Source of the DNA: Spirochaetaceae bacterium
Lineage (GTDB): Bacteria > Spirochaetota > Spirochaetia > DSM-2461
Direction of reading: 5' to 3'
NCBI GenBank assembly: GCA_965224705.1
Contig: OZ245056.1
Coordinates: 864,001-928,000, forward strand
Length of the DNA stretch: 64,000 bases
A program made the position numbers and the translations under genes. Below, piece by piece: positions 19,100 through 29,460 of this stretch. Positions within the stretch are counted from its first letter, which is position 1. The number at the start of each line of letters is the position of its first letter. The notes below the pieces were generated by a model that had not been told where the DNA came from, did not search any database, and was given only the letters and a program-made list of their open reading frames with translations.

Positions 19100-20095
19100 A
19101 TGAAAATACTGGGCACCGGGATTTACGTCCCTGGACCACCGCTGAGCCATGATGATGTCATGCAAAAAGCCGGGATTGATTTTGATGGTAAAAAGATCTC
19201 AGACAAACTCGGGATAGTACACCGGCACATAGCTCATCTTTCCGGGATTGAGGAAACCACGGCCGATTTTGCTGAGAAAGCCGCCTGGGCCGCTCTGAAA
19301 GATGCCAATGTGGACGAGAAGAAAGTGGGACTCTTTGTAATAGCAACGGACACTCCGGAGTTCATCTCCCCATCCACGGCCATGATAGTTCAAGGACGAA
19401 TTCAAAAAGGGGGAACCCTTGCCGGATCCTTTGATGTGTCAGCCAGTTGCTCCAGTTTTGTTACATCCCTTCAGTCAGCTTCCAATGCACTTCTGGCAGA
19501 TCCGTCCATCGGTTACGCACTGGTTATTGGAGTATATAACATGCCTGCCTACTTCCGGCCGGGGGATGCGTTCGGCTATTCCATTTTTGCAGACGGGGCA
19601 GGTGCGTGGCTCATTGGTCCAGACGATGAAAACAGCCGCCTTACAGCCACACAGATGTATACTGACGGCACCCAATGGGACTATGTTGGAGTGTATTCTG
19701 GAGGCACTCGCCAGCCAGTGACTGTGGAGAGAATCAACGCCGGGGAATATGGCCTCCAACTCCTCCAACGCCTTCCCGGCAATCGAAACGTTGAGCTCTG
19801 GCCCATGGTAATGGAGTCCTTGATGACCAAAGCCGGGAAGAAACAAAATGAAGCAGACCATTACCTCTTCACTCAGATCAACCGTGAAGTCATAGTGAAG
19901 GTAATGGAAATCATTGACCAGCCCATGGAGAAAACGACCTGTGTAATGGATCGCTATGGTTACACTGGTTCGGCCTGCATTCCAATGGCCTTTCATGAGG
20001 CGGTAAAAAAGAAACGAATAAACCGGGGCGACGAAGTTCTGATCATGGCTTCCGGGGCCGGTCTGGCTGTGAGTTCTGCTCTATTCGTTTATTGA
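19100..20095 (+). CDS. KAS III (FabH)-like protein with non-canonical active site
   Basis: GTGIYVP, DVSASCSSF, FADGAGA, GAGL; LFTQIN and YGYTG replace HQAN and YGNT. Confidence 0.85.
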   Translation: MKILGTGIYVPGPPLSHDDVMQKAGIDFDGKKISDKLGIVHRHIAHLSGIEETTADFAEKAAWAALKDANVDEKKVGLFVIATDTPEFISPSTAMIVQGRIQKGGTLAGSFDVSASCSSFVTSLQSASNALLADPSIGYALVIGVYNMPAYFRPGDAFGYSIFADGAGAWLIGPDDENSRLTATQMYTDGTQWDYVGVYSGGTRQPVTVERINAGEYGLQLLQRLPGNRNVELWPMVMESLMTKAGKKQNEADHYLFTQINREVIVKVMEIIDQPMEKTTCVMDRYGYTGSACIPMAFHEAVKKKRINRGDEVLIMASGAGLAVSSALFVY

Positions 20096-20152
20096 ATTTA
20101 CCGGAAAACTCGTACCTTGATCCATGATGGAGCATCAAGTATAATTGGTAGA

Positions 20153-20722
20153 ATGAGGGTTAAATACTTACATTGTGCTTTTTTACTTCTGGTTCCTGCG
20201 TATTGCTTCGGGAATGTTGGCATACCGGTTATAGCACTGACATATCCAGGTTTCGCAGTACTTCTGCTGCCAATAATAATCACAGAGTATTTTATAATCA
20301 AATCCATTATTAATATAGAAAAAAAACCAATACTTGTAAGTACAGTTGTTTCCAATCTGGCTTCGACTCTCATCGGTGTACCACTGGCCTGGGCTGTTTT
20401 ACTGATACTGGAGATGATTACGACTGGCGGTGCGGCCATTCAGTCAGAAGGACTGATGTATTTTGTCGGATCTATTGCCCTTCAGTCTGCCTGGATGCTC
20501 CCCCCGGATTACTACTGGATGCTTCCTGCAGCTATCATTGTGAACCTGATTCCCGCTTTCTTTCTCTCAAAGTATTCCGAATACATAATTACGAAGAAAA
20601 TGATAAAAACAGTAGAAAAAAATCAGATTAAAAAAGCAGTTTTCAAGGCAAACAATGTAACCTATGGCGGCCTGTTCGCTATCGCTGTCGGATACCTGAT
20701 AATAACTCTGGTTCTAACTTGA
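20153..20722 (+). CDS. Hypothetical membrane protein
   Basis: Several hydrophobic segments, SNLASTLIGVP; TTGATC-17-TATAAT just upstream. Confidence 0.7.
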   Translation: MRVKYLHCAFLLLVPAYCFGNVGIPVIALTYPGFAVLLLPIIITEYFIIKSIINIEKKPILVSTVVSNLASTLIGVPLAWAVLLILEMITTGGAAIQSEGLMYFVGSIALQSAWMLPPDYYWMLPAAIIVNLIPAFFLSKYSEYIITKKMIKTVEKNQIKKAVFKANNVTYGGLFAIAVGYLIITLVLT

Positions 20723-22002
20723 ATGCCCTGAATCCCGCCCAGGACATTGAAAATGGTCGTTATAATGAAATCTTTTCGACCTTATACCCCGGTGAAGATC
20801 TATCCTTTCATCGGGAACGCTGGCTCTCTTTGATTGAGATTCATCGTAATAATACCGGGCAACTATCGCCGAGATTTTTTTCAGCCCCTGGAAGGACTGA
20901 GCTTGCCGGCAACCACACCGACCACAACCGGGGACGAGTTCTCGCTGCCAGCATTCAATTGGATACCATAGCCGCAATAACTGAGACCAATGATGACAGG
21001 GTAAACATTCTCTCAGAAGGATATCCGCCCGTACATGTTGATCTGAACTGTCTCGATAAAGCTAAAACCGAAAGTGGAAAAACCGATTCCCTCATACGAG
21101 GAATTGCTGCTTCCATTGTTAAGAGAGGGGGGAAAGTTGGCGGTTTCACAGCGTCTACGACCTCGCGGGTTCTCAAAGGTTCAGGATTAAGCTCATCGGC
21201 CGCTCTTGAGATCCTGGTTGGATCCATATACAGCGAGGTTTACAATAAAGGACGATTCAGTCCTGTGGAACTGGCCATCATAGGGCAGGAAGCTGAAAAC
21301 AACTATTTTGACAAGCCCAGCGGCCTGATGGATCAAATTGCCTGTGCTGTTGGAGGTGTTGTCAGTATTGATTTCGTTGACGCACTTCATCCACTGGTGG
21401 AACCCCTGAATGCCTGTTTCACCGAAACAGGATACACCCTGGCTATAGTGGATTCAAAAGCTGACCATGCCAACCTTACGCCGGATTACGCCGCTGTTCC
21501 CATGGAAATGCAGGCTGTAGCAGCGGAACTCAATGCAGAGGTTCTTCGTGATACTGTCGAAGAAGAATTCTACAAAGCCATACCCCGCCTGCGAGAGAAT
21601 ACAGGGGACAGGGCAATCCTCCGGGCACTCCATTTCTATACTGAAAATAAAAGAGTCGATGCCATGGCAGATTCTTTGAAACAGAGGGATATTGACTCCT
21701 ACCTTGCAGGCGTTCAACTTTCTGGAGACTCATCTTTTCGATTCCTGCAAAACATTTATTCGTCCCGAAATCCTGAAAACCAGGCTCTCACTCTTGCCCT
21801 GGCCCTGACAGATCTTTTTCTGGATGGTCAGGGTGCATCCAGGGTTCATGGCGGCGGATTTGCGGGAACAATACAGGCCTTCATACCGACACCTCGATTC
21901 AACGATTATGTTCAATACATGGAGAACTTCTTTGGAACGGGCTGTGTGCTGAACCTTGAAGTTCGAACTTCTCCAGCAGGAGAGATCAAAGCTGATTTAT
22001 GA
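20719..22002 (+). CDS. galK: Galactokinase (GHMP kinase family)
   Basis: SAPGRTELAGNHTDHN, GSGLSSSAA, GLMDQ, RVHGGGFAG. Confidence 0.85.
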   Translation: MNALNPAQDIENGRYNEIFSTLYPGEDLSFHRERWLSLIEIHRNNTGQLSPRFFSAPGRTELAGNHTDHNRGRVLAASIQLDTIAAITETNDDRVNILSEGYPPVHVDLNCLDKAKTESGKTDSLIRGIAASIVKRGGKVGGFTASTTSRVLKGSGLSSSAALEILVGSIYSEVYNKGRFSPVELAIIGQEAENNYFDKPSGLMDQIACAVGGVVSIDFVDALHPLVEPLNACFTETGYTLAIVDSKADHANLTPDYAAVPMEMQAVAAELNAEVLRDTVEEEFYKAIPRLRENTGDRAILRALHFYTENKRVDAMADSLKQRDIDSYLAGVQLSGDSSFRFLQNIYSSRNPENQALTLALALTDLFLDGQGASRVHGGGFAGTIQAFIPTPRFNDYVQYMENFFGTGCVLNLEVRTSPAGEIKADL

Positions 22003-22957
22003 CGACATTTCCTTTTTTTCGTCCGGTTTCAACATACCTGTGAGCTTCGGCAGTTTCTTCCAGCGGATAGCATCGGTCTATAACCGATTGTATCTTTTTT
22101 TCTTCAATCATCTTCTTGAGGAAAACCAGATCCTTGATAATTTCTTTTGCCGGTCTCGCATATGTGGCCGCAAGAATAGCCTTTTTCCTACTGAACTTTG
22201 AAGTCCATAACATTGACAGAATAGTGGATAACCTGCCGGAATTAAGATAGACCCCCTCCTGCTTCAACGACCCTTTACAACGGGAAAACGGTTCTTTGCC
22301 TGTCGTGTCAAAAATAATATCATAGGTCTGGTTGTTTCTGGTGAAATCGGTTTCAGTGTAATCAATTACCATATTGGCTCCTAAGGATTTCACTAATTCT
22401 AAATTAGCCGTACTACATACACCGGTAACTTCTGTCCCGAAATACCTGGCAACCTGTATTGAAGCCGTACCGACTGATCCGGAAGCACCATTAATAAGAA
22501 CTCTTTGTTTACTTTTAATATTGGCCTTATTTCGAAGAAAATGCAGTGCTGTCAATCCACCTTCAACAACAGCGGCGGATTCCTCATGAGTCATGTTCTC
22601 AGGTTTCACGGCCAGTGCCCCATCTTCCGGCATACACTTGAATTCAGCATGGGCACCCATAGAACTTCCAGTCATTCCAAATACAAGGTCACCCTTGCTG
22701 AACAATCTCACATCTTTACCAACGGCTTCAATTTCTCCAGACAGCTCCTGCCCCAATATGTTTTTGATGGGTTTTGTGAGACCCATGAAGAATCTGACAA
22801 AAAAAGGCCTTCCTTTTCGACCGATGAGGCCCGCTGTTGTGGCGGCTGCCGCATGAATTCTGATGAGTACTTCATTATCCCTGGGAACAGGTTTTTCCAC
22901 CTCCTGGAGTTGAAGAACATCCGGTTTTCCGTATTTTGTGCATACAATCGCTTTCAT
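21986..22957 (-). CDS. NAD(P)-dependent MDR oxidoreductase (zinc-independent type)
   Basis: MKAIVCTKYG, VLINGASGSVG, AEAHRYVETGRKKGNVVI. Confidence 0.88.
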   Translation of the reverse strand: MKAIVCTKYGKPDVLQLQEVEKPVPRDNEVLIRIHAAAATTAGLIGRKGRPFFVRFFMGLTKPIKNILGQELSGEIEAVGKDVRLFSKGDLVFGMTGSSMGAHAEFKCMPEDGALAVKPENMTHEESAAVVEGGLTALHFLRNKANIKSKQRVLINGASGSVGTASIQVARYFGTEVTGVCSTANLELVKSLGANMVIDYTETDFTRNNQTYDIIFDTTGKEPFSRCKGSLKQEGVYLNSGRLSTILSMLWTSKFSRKKAILAATYARPAKEIIKDLVFLKKMIEEKKIQSVIDRCYPLEETAEAHRYVETGRKKGNVVINQL

Positions 22958-23171
22958 GATTCTCCTCCTTACTCTGTGAAGTTATGAACCAATGTTCATT
23001 TTACTTGAACCTGTCATCTGAAGACTTCCCTGTATTGTAGCGATTTGCTTCATGTATCACAATCATTCGTTCATTTGCAAATTGCCAGCCATGTTCTCTT
23101 ATACTTGACAAATCTCATAATCAATACTAAAATGCAGCCTTGAAAACTCAATTTCTTATAAGGAGGAAATT

Positions 23172-24176
23172 ATGTCACAGCATTACAGAATCCAGGTTCT
23201 GATTATAGGATTGTTCCTTTTACCGGCATCGATTCTTCTGGCAGCAGGCCAACCCGAAGAAGCCGGAACTACCGAAGAAGCCGGAACTACCAAAGAAGAA
23301 TCCTGGCAGTTGATTATCGGTACCGGAGGGACATCCGGAACCTATTACCCCATAGGCGGAGCGCTCAAAACCGTGTTTGAGGAGAGCCAGCTCGTTGACT
23401 CGCTAACGGTTGAATCAACCGGAGCCTCGGTTATGAACATCAACAATATCGATTCCGGGTTAAACCAAATCGCAATAGTCATGAGCGATGTCGCCTACGA
23501 CGCATTCAATGGCCGGGGACGCTTTGAAAACAAACCCATCGATATTCGTGCCATAGCGGGTATGTACCCCAATGTTGTCCAGATTATTGCCACTGCTGCC
23601 AGCGGAATAACTTCTGTAGAGGATATGCGGGGCAAGAGGATAGGTGTCGGCAAGGTCGGTTCCGGAGTGGAGCAAAGTGCCAACAAGGTACTCGAAGCGA
23701 CCGGCCTCAGTTATGATGATCTTGGACAGGTAACCAACACGGGATATGCGGACAGTGTACAGGCCATGCAGAATGGAACACTGGATGCGGCATTCTTTAC
23801 ATCGGGTGTTCCCAATTCCAGTATTGTCAATGTCATGCAGAGCATGGATGTCGTCTTTGTTCCTGTTTCGGGTCAAATTGCCTCCAATCTCATTGCGTCC
23901 TATCCATTTTATGAGGAATACACAATCCCTGCCGGCGTTGCAGCCCAGTACAGTCTTGACAAACCGCTGGAGACAGTCGCCATACGGAATCTTCTTATTA
24001 CCAGTGCGGAACTTCCCGACGATCTCGTACAGGAACTGACCAGCCGTTTCTATGACTATCTTGGAAGTGATCTGGTTACCATCGGCGCACTGCGTCAATT
24101 TGATCGTGAAGAAATGGACAGCGGTCTCGTGGTGGATCTCCATTCGGGGGCACAGGAATTTTACACTTCCCGTTGA
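23172..24176 (+). CDS. TAXI-family TRAP substrate-binding protein
   Basis: IGTGGTSGTYYPIG, STGASVMN, GTLDAAFFTSGVP, LHSGA. Confidence 0.92.
   Translation: MSQHYRIQVLIIGLFLLPASILLAAGQPEEAGTTEEAGTTKEESWQLIIGTGGTSGTYYPIGGALKTVFEESQLVDSLTVESTGASVMNINNIDSGLNQIAIVMSDVAYDAFNGRGRFENKPIDIRAIAGMYPNVVQIIATAASGITSVEDMRGKRIGVGKVGSGVEQSANKVLEATGLSYDDLGQVTNTGYADSVQAMQNGTLDAAFFTSGVPNSSIVNVMQSMDVVFVPVSGQIASNLIASYPFYEEYTIPAGVAAQYSLDKPLETVAIRNLLITSAELPDDLVQELTSRFYDYLGSDLVTIGALRQFDREEMDSGLVVDLHSGAQEFYTSR
23256..23291 (+). repeat. Perfect 18-bp tandem duplication (EEAGTT x2)
   Basis: GAAGAAGCCGGAACTACC twice. Confidence 0.9.
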
Positions 24177-24832
24177 TGGGAAACCGGGACTTAAGTAGGA
24201 GCCTGTCGGATTTACGTCTCACGGCTCGATTTTTGCCCTTTTTCCCTGCTGCTGCGTTGCCAAAATACTCACGTAGCCCAGCTACGCTCCGTTTTTGTCG
24301 CCTTGCATCAGGAAAAAATCATCAAAAATCGCCTCGAAGCCTTAAAATCCGACAGACTCCTAGATTCCTTTTTATCTTAAATGTACTGTATTTCGGAATA
24401 ACTCCCATCCTTAGCCCGGGCGGGATGGGAGAATCCGATACATGCCTTGCGCTAAGCCGGAATGATGAACTCTTTCTGACAATTACGGTTTCCTTACCAC
24501 AGGACTTTGAGATTTCCTGGCTGCATTCCGTAGAAAAGGAAGAATGGCGGGAACAGTTTGTCATTGGTATCGACAGGACTATTCACATTGAGTCAACTCG
24601 GTTTCGTACATTTGGAGCAGGCGTACCGGACAATGCCCCGGAGACAGCAACTCAGGATGGGTGGGTTACTATGAGCGGCCTAAACCGTCAGGTTGATCCC
24701 CTGGTCCTTCGCTCCAATAATGAGACCAATCACAGGCTGAGCATAGCAAATCAGACCTATGTACTACCCGAAGGACAGTATTGGTTCACCGTCACGGACA
24801 CATGTTCAAAAGGGAAGAGAAAAATGCGATGA
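24176..24832 (+). CDS. DUF1850 TRAP-associated protein carrying an in-frame MITE
   Basis: FEISWLHSVEKEEWRE, RFRTFGAGVP; ATG overlaps the upstream TGA. Confidence 0.85.
   Translation: MGNRDLSRSLSDLRLTARFLPFFPAAALPKYSRSPATLRFCRLASGKNHQKSPRSLKIRQTPRFLFILNVLYFGITPILSPGGMGESDTCLALSRNDELFLTITVSLPQDFEISWLHSVEKEEWREQFVIGIDRTIHIESTRFRTFGAGVPDNAPETATQDGWVTMSGLNRQVDPLVLRSNNETNHRLSIANQTYVLPEGQYWFTVTDTCSKGKRKMR
24199..24359 (+). mobile_element. 161-bp palindromic MITE, copy 2
   Basis: GAGCCTGTCGGATTT ... AAATCCGACAGACTC; flanks GTAG and CTAG. Confidence 0.9.
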
Positions 24833-26976
24833 AGAATAAGGACGGTATAGTGGAAGATAAAAACCTATCGCCCCCATTCGACCCGGACATATCCGGCGAC
24901 AAACATGAACCGCAGAGACTGACTCGTTATATAGGCCTGGTGGTATCGACACTGGCAGTCCTGCTTGGTCTTTTCCATCTCTACACATCCTTCGCAGGAC
25001 CTCTTGTGGACTTTCGCCAACGCAGTCTCCATCTCTACAGCCTGCTGACCATTGCATTTCTTGTCTATCCGGGAAGGTTGAAGAAAAAAAACATCCCTTT
25101 TCCCGGCATAATTCTAGCTATTCTCTCGCTTGCTATCGGTGTCTACATGCTTATAGCCTATGACCGCATAGCCCGCACGGGGGGAATTATTCAACAATTG
25201 GATTTTTTTCTTGGCATAGCAGCTCTGCTGCTCGTCATTGAGGCAACACGCCGCGCCCTCGGATGGAGTCTGCCCCTGCTGGCCCTTGGATTTTTGACTT
25301 ATGGAATATGGGCCAAACTCAGGATATATCCCAACTTAACCCCTCCCATTATTCTGGCATCAACAAAATCCATCATCGTCCACCTTGTCTATGTGACGGA
25401 AGGTCTGCTTTCCACCGCCATCGGTGTTTCCGCAAGCTACATTATTCTTTTCATTCTTTTCGGCAGCTTCTTACTGAAAACCGGAACGGGGGTTTTATTT
25501 CAAGACTTTTCTATGGCCATAAGTGGTGCAAGCGATGGCGGACCGGCAAAAGTGGCCACCATTGCAAGCGGTCTGATGGGCAGTATAAACGGAGCTGCCG
25601 TAGCCAATGTTGTCACAACCGGCACATTCACCATCCCCCTGATGAAGAAGGTCGGTTATAACAAAGACTTCGCCGGGGCTGTTGAGGCCAGTGCCAGCGT
25701 TGGCGGTCAGATTCTGCCGCCCATAATGGGTGCCGCGGCATTCATTATGGCAGAAAATCTGGGTATACCTTATCTGCAAATTGTCCTTGCCGGCATAATT
25801 CCGGCTCTACTGTATTACTTCGGTGTTCTGATACAGGTTCATCTCCGTGCCAAACGCCGCGGGCTTTCCGGATTGTCCAGGGATCAACTTCCCGGACTGC
25901 GCGAGGTAATGCGTTTACGGGGTTATCTGCTGTTTCCCGTTTTGGTTCTTGTCTGGCTGCTCTTCAGTGGACGAACACCGATTTTTGCAGCCTTCTGGTC
26001 CATAGTCAGTATCGTTCTGATTACCGCTTCTTCCCGATTTTTGAAGTTTGTTAGCGCAGCCGTCACATTGCTTGTCTTTTTTCCCAGTATCGCCGCATTT
26101 CTCGATACCGGAAGCTTCCCACTGCCCTTTGCTTTTCCCACTTTGGCGGTGCTTATTGCTGTTTCGGTTCTGCTCAATATTCTGTTCAGGTACAACCGAA
26201 AAGAATCAACCAGCCTGACCACCGTTGTGTCCGCCATTAACGACGGTGTCAGAGCCACTACAGGAGTTGCCCTGGCCTGTGCCTGTGTCGGTATTGTGGT
26301 GGGGATCTCCACCCAGACGGGTATTGCGCTTAATCTGGCAAACTTTGTCATAAAAGCGGGACAGCGAATTACGATACCGGCCTTACAGTTGTTCATTACC
26401 CTGATCCTGACGATGCTGACTTCAATCGTTCTAGGAATGGGATTGCCCAGCATTCCCACCTATATAATAACAAGTACAATGGCAGCTCCCATTTTGCTTG
26501 GTACCAGTTTTTTCTCCCAGATAATGGGCAGCACGGAGAATGCCATTTTTGTCGCCCACATGTTTGTCTTCTATTTCGGTATCTTTGCCAACATTACCCC
26601 ACCCGTTGCTCTGGCCGCCTTTGCCGGTGCGGGAATTAGCGGAGGCAATCCCACACGTACCGGCTTCATTGCAATGAAACTGTCCCTGGCAGGGTTTATT
26701 GTCCCCTTCCTCTTTGCCTTTGCGCCGCAGCTGTTGTTGATCAATATAGACCTGTCCATAATCTGGACCATTATCGGTGCCTTTGTTGGTGTGTTTATGC
26801 TATCGACGGCTGTCGAAGGCTATTGGCGAAGAACACTGCCTGTCTGGCTGCGCATAATTGTGGGCATAGCGGCAGTATTGTTTATCTACCCCAACCTTGT
26901 AAGCGACATTTTTGGTCTGTCCGCATTCCTTCTTCTGCTGCGCTTTGTATGGTGGCCGGGTAAGAATAAATCCTGA
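24829..26976 (+). CDS. TRAP transporter fused (4TM/12TM) permease
   Basis: GGPAKVA, SINGAAVANVVTTGTFTIPLMK, GGQILPPIMGAAAFIM, LGMGLP, ITPPVALAAFAG. Confidence 0.93.
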   Translation: MKNKDGIVEDKNLSPPFDPDISGDKHEPQRLTRYIGLVVSTLAVLLGLFHLYTSFAGPLVDFRQRSLHLYSLLTIAFLVYPGRLKKKNIPFPGIILAILSLAIGVYMLIAYDRIARTGGIIQQLDFFLGIAALLLVIEATRRALGWSLPLLALGFLTYGIWAKLRIYPNLTPPIILASTKSIIVHLVYVTEGLLSTAIGVSASYIILFILFGSFLLKTGTGVLFQDFSMAISGASDGGPAKVATIASGLMGSINGAAVANVVTTGTFTIPLMKKVGYNKDFAGAVEASASVGGQILPPIMGAAAFIMAENLGIPYLQIVLAGIIPALLYYFGVLIQVHLRAKRRGLSGLSRDQLPGLREVMRLRGYLLFPVLVLVWLLFSGRTPIFAAFWSIVSIVLITASSRFLKFVSAAVTLLVFFPSIAAFLDTGSFPLPFAFPTLAVLIAVSVLLNILFRYNRKESTSLTTVVSAINDGVRATTGVALACACVGIVVGISTQTGIALNLANFVIKAGQRITIPALQLFITLILTMLTSIVLGMGLPSIPTYIITSTMAAPILLGTSFFSQIMGSTENAIFVAHMFVFYFGIFANITPPVALAAFAGAGISGGNPTRTGFIAMKLSLAGFIVPFLFAFAPQLLLINIDLSIIWTIIGAFVGVFMLSTAVEGYWRRTLPVWLRIIVGIAAVLFIYPNLVSDIFGLSAFLLLLRFVWWPGKNKS

Positions 26977-27128
26977 TGTCAGCACCGATAATAGATCTCC
27001 AAAAAACACCGAAATAAAATTTCCGGTTTTGAGCCAAAAAACGAGCAAGCATCTGAAAGATGGAGCAAAACCCAGCTTACATCAGAAGGATACTGCCCCC
27101 GAAACTCCAGTAGAAACGTATGCACCAG

Positions 27129-27285
27129 GAGTCCGTCGGAATTTAAAGCTGCAAGGCGATTTTTGATGATTTTTTCCTGATACAAGGCGCCAAAAGCGGA
27201 GCGTGGGCTACGGGAGTATTTTGACAACGCAGCAGCAGGAAAAAAGGGCAAAAATCGAGCCGTGAGGCGTAAGTCCGACAGACTC
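27129..27285 (-). mobile_element. MITE copy 3 (inverted, 157 bp, intergenic)
   Basis: Reverse complement aligns with copies 1 and 2; ends GAGTCCGTCGG / CCGACAGACTC. Confidence 0.88.
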
Positions 27286-27434
27286 ATAGAGCAGAGCGGG
27301 GATTATACTGTGTATAGCTACGATCTTTTGAACTGCCTGCCTGGTATAATATTTTCCAATCCATCTTGCATAACTCCTGTCGAATTTCCCTTATTGCTTC
27401 CATTCCTTATACCATTCCGCTATAATGCAAAATC

Positions 27435-29198
27435 ATGCAAACCTTGCAGCTGGGCATATCGGATTTCAAGGAATTCATCGACGAAGGCGGCTATTTTGTC
27501 GATAAGACCCATTTAATCGCCTATCTTATCAGCAATCCCGACAAGGTTCATTTAATCACCCGTCCCCGCCGCTTCGGTAAAACTCTGAACTTAAGCATGA
27601 TTCGCTATTTCCTGGAGGCTCCATCACCGCCAAAAGAACGAAAGGGGCCAAAATGGCTTTCCCGGCTTCGCTTGCGCCAGGCTGTTCCATCCAATGCCTA
27701 TTTGTTCAAAGACCGTTTCATCGCCTCCCATCCGCGCTGTGCCGAGTTCATGGGGCAGTACCCGGTTATTCATTTGAGCTTTAAGGATGCCAAGAGTACT
27801 TCATTCAATGAGTGCATGGAAATTATCAGGAAAATGCTTTCCGCAGAATACCAGCGGCATGGATATCTACAGGGTTGCGGAATGCTGCACGAAGCCGATA
27901 AAAAATTATTCTCCAGAATATTGAACAGAAACGGCACGGATCAGGACTGTGCCCAATCCATTGAATACCTCTCCGCCTGGCTCCACCGCGCCTACGGCAA
28001 ACCGCCATACATCCTTCTGGACGAATACGACACCCCCCTCCATTCGGCCCATGTGGATAAGTACTACGACCAGATGATCGCCTTCATCCGCAGCTTCATG
28101 GTGCAAACCTTCAAGGACAACCCCCACCTGAAGCAGGCTGTGCTTATCGGCATACTGAAAATTGCCCAGGAGAGCATATTCAGCGACTTCAACAATCCCA
28201 GAGTCTCCACCATCCTTTCCCCGGCCATGAAGGACTGCTTTGGATTTACCGAAGCGGAACTTGAAAAAATGACCTCATACTTCGGTCTGGAAGACAAAAT
28301 GGACGGAATCAAGAAATGGTACAACGGCTACATCTTCGGCGGAGAAACCGTCATCTACAATCCCTGGAGCATCGTCAATTACTTAAGCTCCCCCGATGAA
28401 GGATTGAAACCGCACTGGATAAGCACCAGCGACAACAGACTCGTCAAGGAAGTCATAAAACTAAAGCGCCGGGATGCGAAGATGACAACAGAAAAACTTC
28501 TGCGGAAAGAGGAGGTGCGCAAGCCGCTCTTAACCAACATTCCCTACACCCAGATAGAAAATGATCCGGATGTGGTATGGAGTTTTCTTCTCCACAGCGG
28601 CTATCTCAAGGCCTCCGAAATGCACCAGGAAGAACTGGGAACTAGCTGGAGACTCTCCATTCCCAACAAAGAATTGGAGACGGCCTGGGAGACCGTAGTG
28701 CGGAGCTGGCTGAAGGAGGATCTCTCTGTAAACGATGATTTTACGGACTTTGTCAGCGGCATCAGAGAAGCCAATCCCAGGCTGATTGAACGCGGCCTGA
28801 AGCGAATTCTCTTCGGCCTGGCCAGCTATTACGATAGCGCATGGGACGAGGAGGACAGACGGGAAAACTTCTACCATGGCCTGGTACTGGGTCTTCTGGC
28901 CTATCTTGGTTCGGCCTATGCCGTGGACAGCAACCGGGAGTATGGGAGGGGCCGCTCGGACATTGTGGTGGTCAGGAAGGGAAGCGATCCCGCTCAGGCC
29001 GAAGAGGCTTTTGTGCTCGAGTTCAAGCAGGGAAACACCTCTGCTGATACCTCACTGGAAGTGCTGGCCCAGACCGCTTATGCCCAGGCGGTGGAGGAAT
29101 ACCTTGACGGGGTTAGGGAGAAATGGCATCCGAAGGAATTGTTGGTTCTGGGGATTGGTTTCCGGGGGAAGGATTTATCTCTGTATTGCGAGGCATAA
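27435..29198 (+). CDS. AAA-ATPase-like protein with C-terminal PD-(D/E)XK nuclease domain, copy 1
   Basis: GISDFKE, YFVDKT, TRPRRFGKTLNLSM, LLDEYDTP, WYNGY, YNPWS, ENFYHG, SNREYGRGRSDI, LEFK. Confidence 0.9.
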   Translation: MQTLQLGISDFKEFIDEGGYFVDKTHLIAYLISNPDKVHLITRPRRFGKTLNLSMIRYFLEAPSPPKERKGPKWLSRLRLRQAVPSNAYLFKDRFIASHPRCAEFMGQYPVIHLSFKDAKSTSFNECMEIIRKMLSAEYQRHGYLQGCGMLHEADKKLFSRILNRNGTDQDCAQSIEYLSAWLHRAYGKPPYILLDEYDTPLHSAHVDKYYDQMIAFIRSFMVQTFKDNPHLKQAVLIGILKIAQESIFSDFNNPRVSTILSPAMKDCFGFTEAELEKMTSYFGLEDKMDGIKKWYNGYIFGGETVIYNPWSIVNYLSSPDEGLKPHWISTSDNRLVKEVIKLKRRDAKMTTEKLLRKEEVRKPLLTNIPYTQIENDPDVVWSFLLHSGYLKASEMHQEELGTSWRLSIPNKELETAWETVVRSWLKEDLSVNDDFTDFVSGIREANPRLIERGLKRILFGLASYYDSAWDEEDRRENFYHGLVLGLLAYLGSAYAVDSNREYGRGRSDIVVVRKGSDPAQAEEAFVLEFKQGNTSADTSLEVLAQTAYAQAVEEYLDGVREKWHPKELLVLGIGFRGKDLSLYCEA

Positions 29199-29357
29199 TC
29201 TCTCACGGAACGAGTTCACGGAGATTACTCAAGGCTTCTATTTATTACCCCCCTAATACCATTTTTCAGCAATTCCTCACCAGAATTGATAAAAACCTCA
29301 ATTTCACACCAGAGAGTTGAGATGTGTTAATAACTGTTTTTCATTTGAGTTCCCCAC

Positions 29358-29460
29358 CTCCGTGTTCTCCGTGCCTCCGTGAGAAACTCCCCTTCCAAAA
29401 GAATCCCATATCTCATTAATAATACAAAAAATCTCTCACGGAGGCACGGAGGTCACGGAG
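29358..29460. repeat. 27-bp inverted repeat of CACGGAG units; degenerate third arm at about 29199-29238
   Basis: CTCCGTGTTCTCCGTGCCTCCGTGAGA vs TCTCACGGAGGCACGGAGGTCACGGAG (25/27 complementary). Confidence 0.85.

Noticed and set aside
26979..27287. 102-aa ORF resembling the DUF1850 N-terminus
   Set aside because: The similarity is simply translation of MITE copy 3
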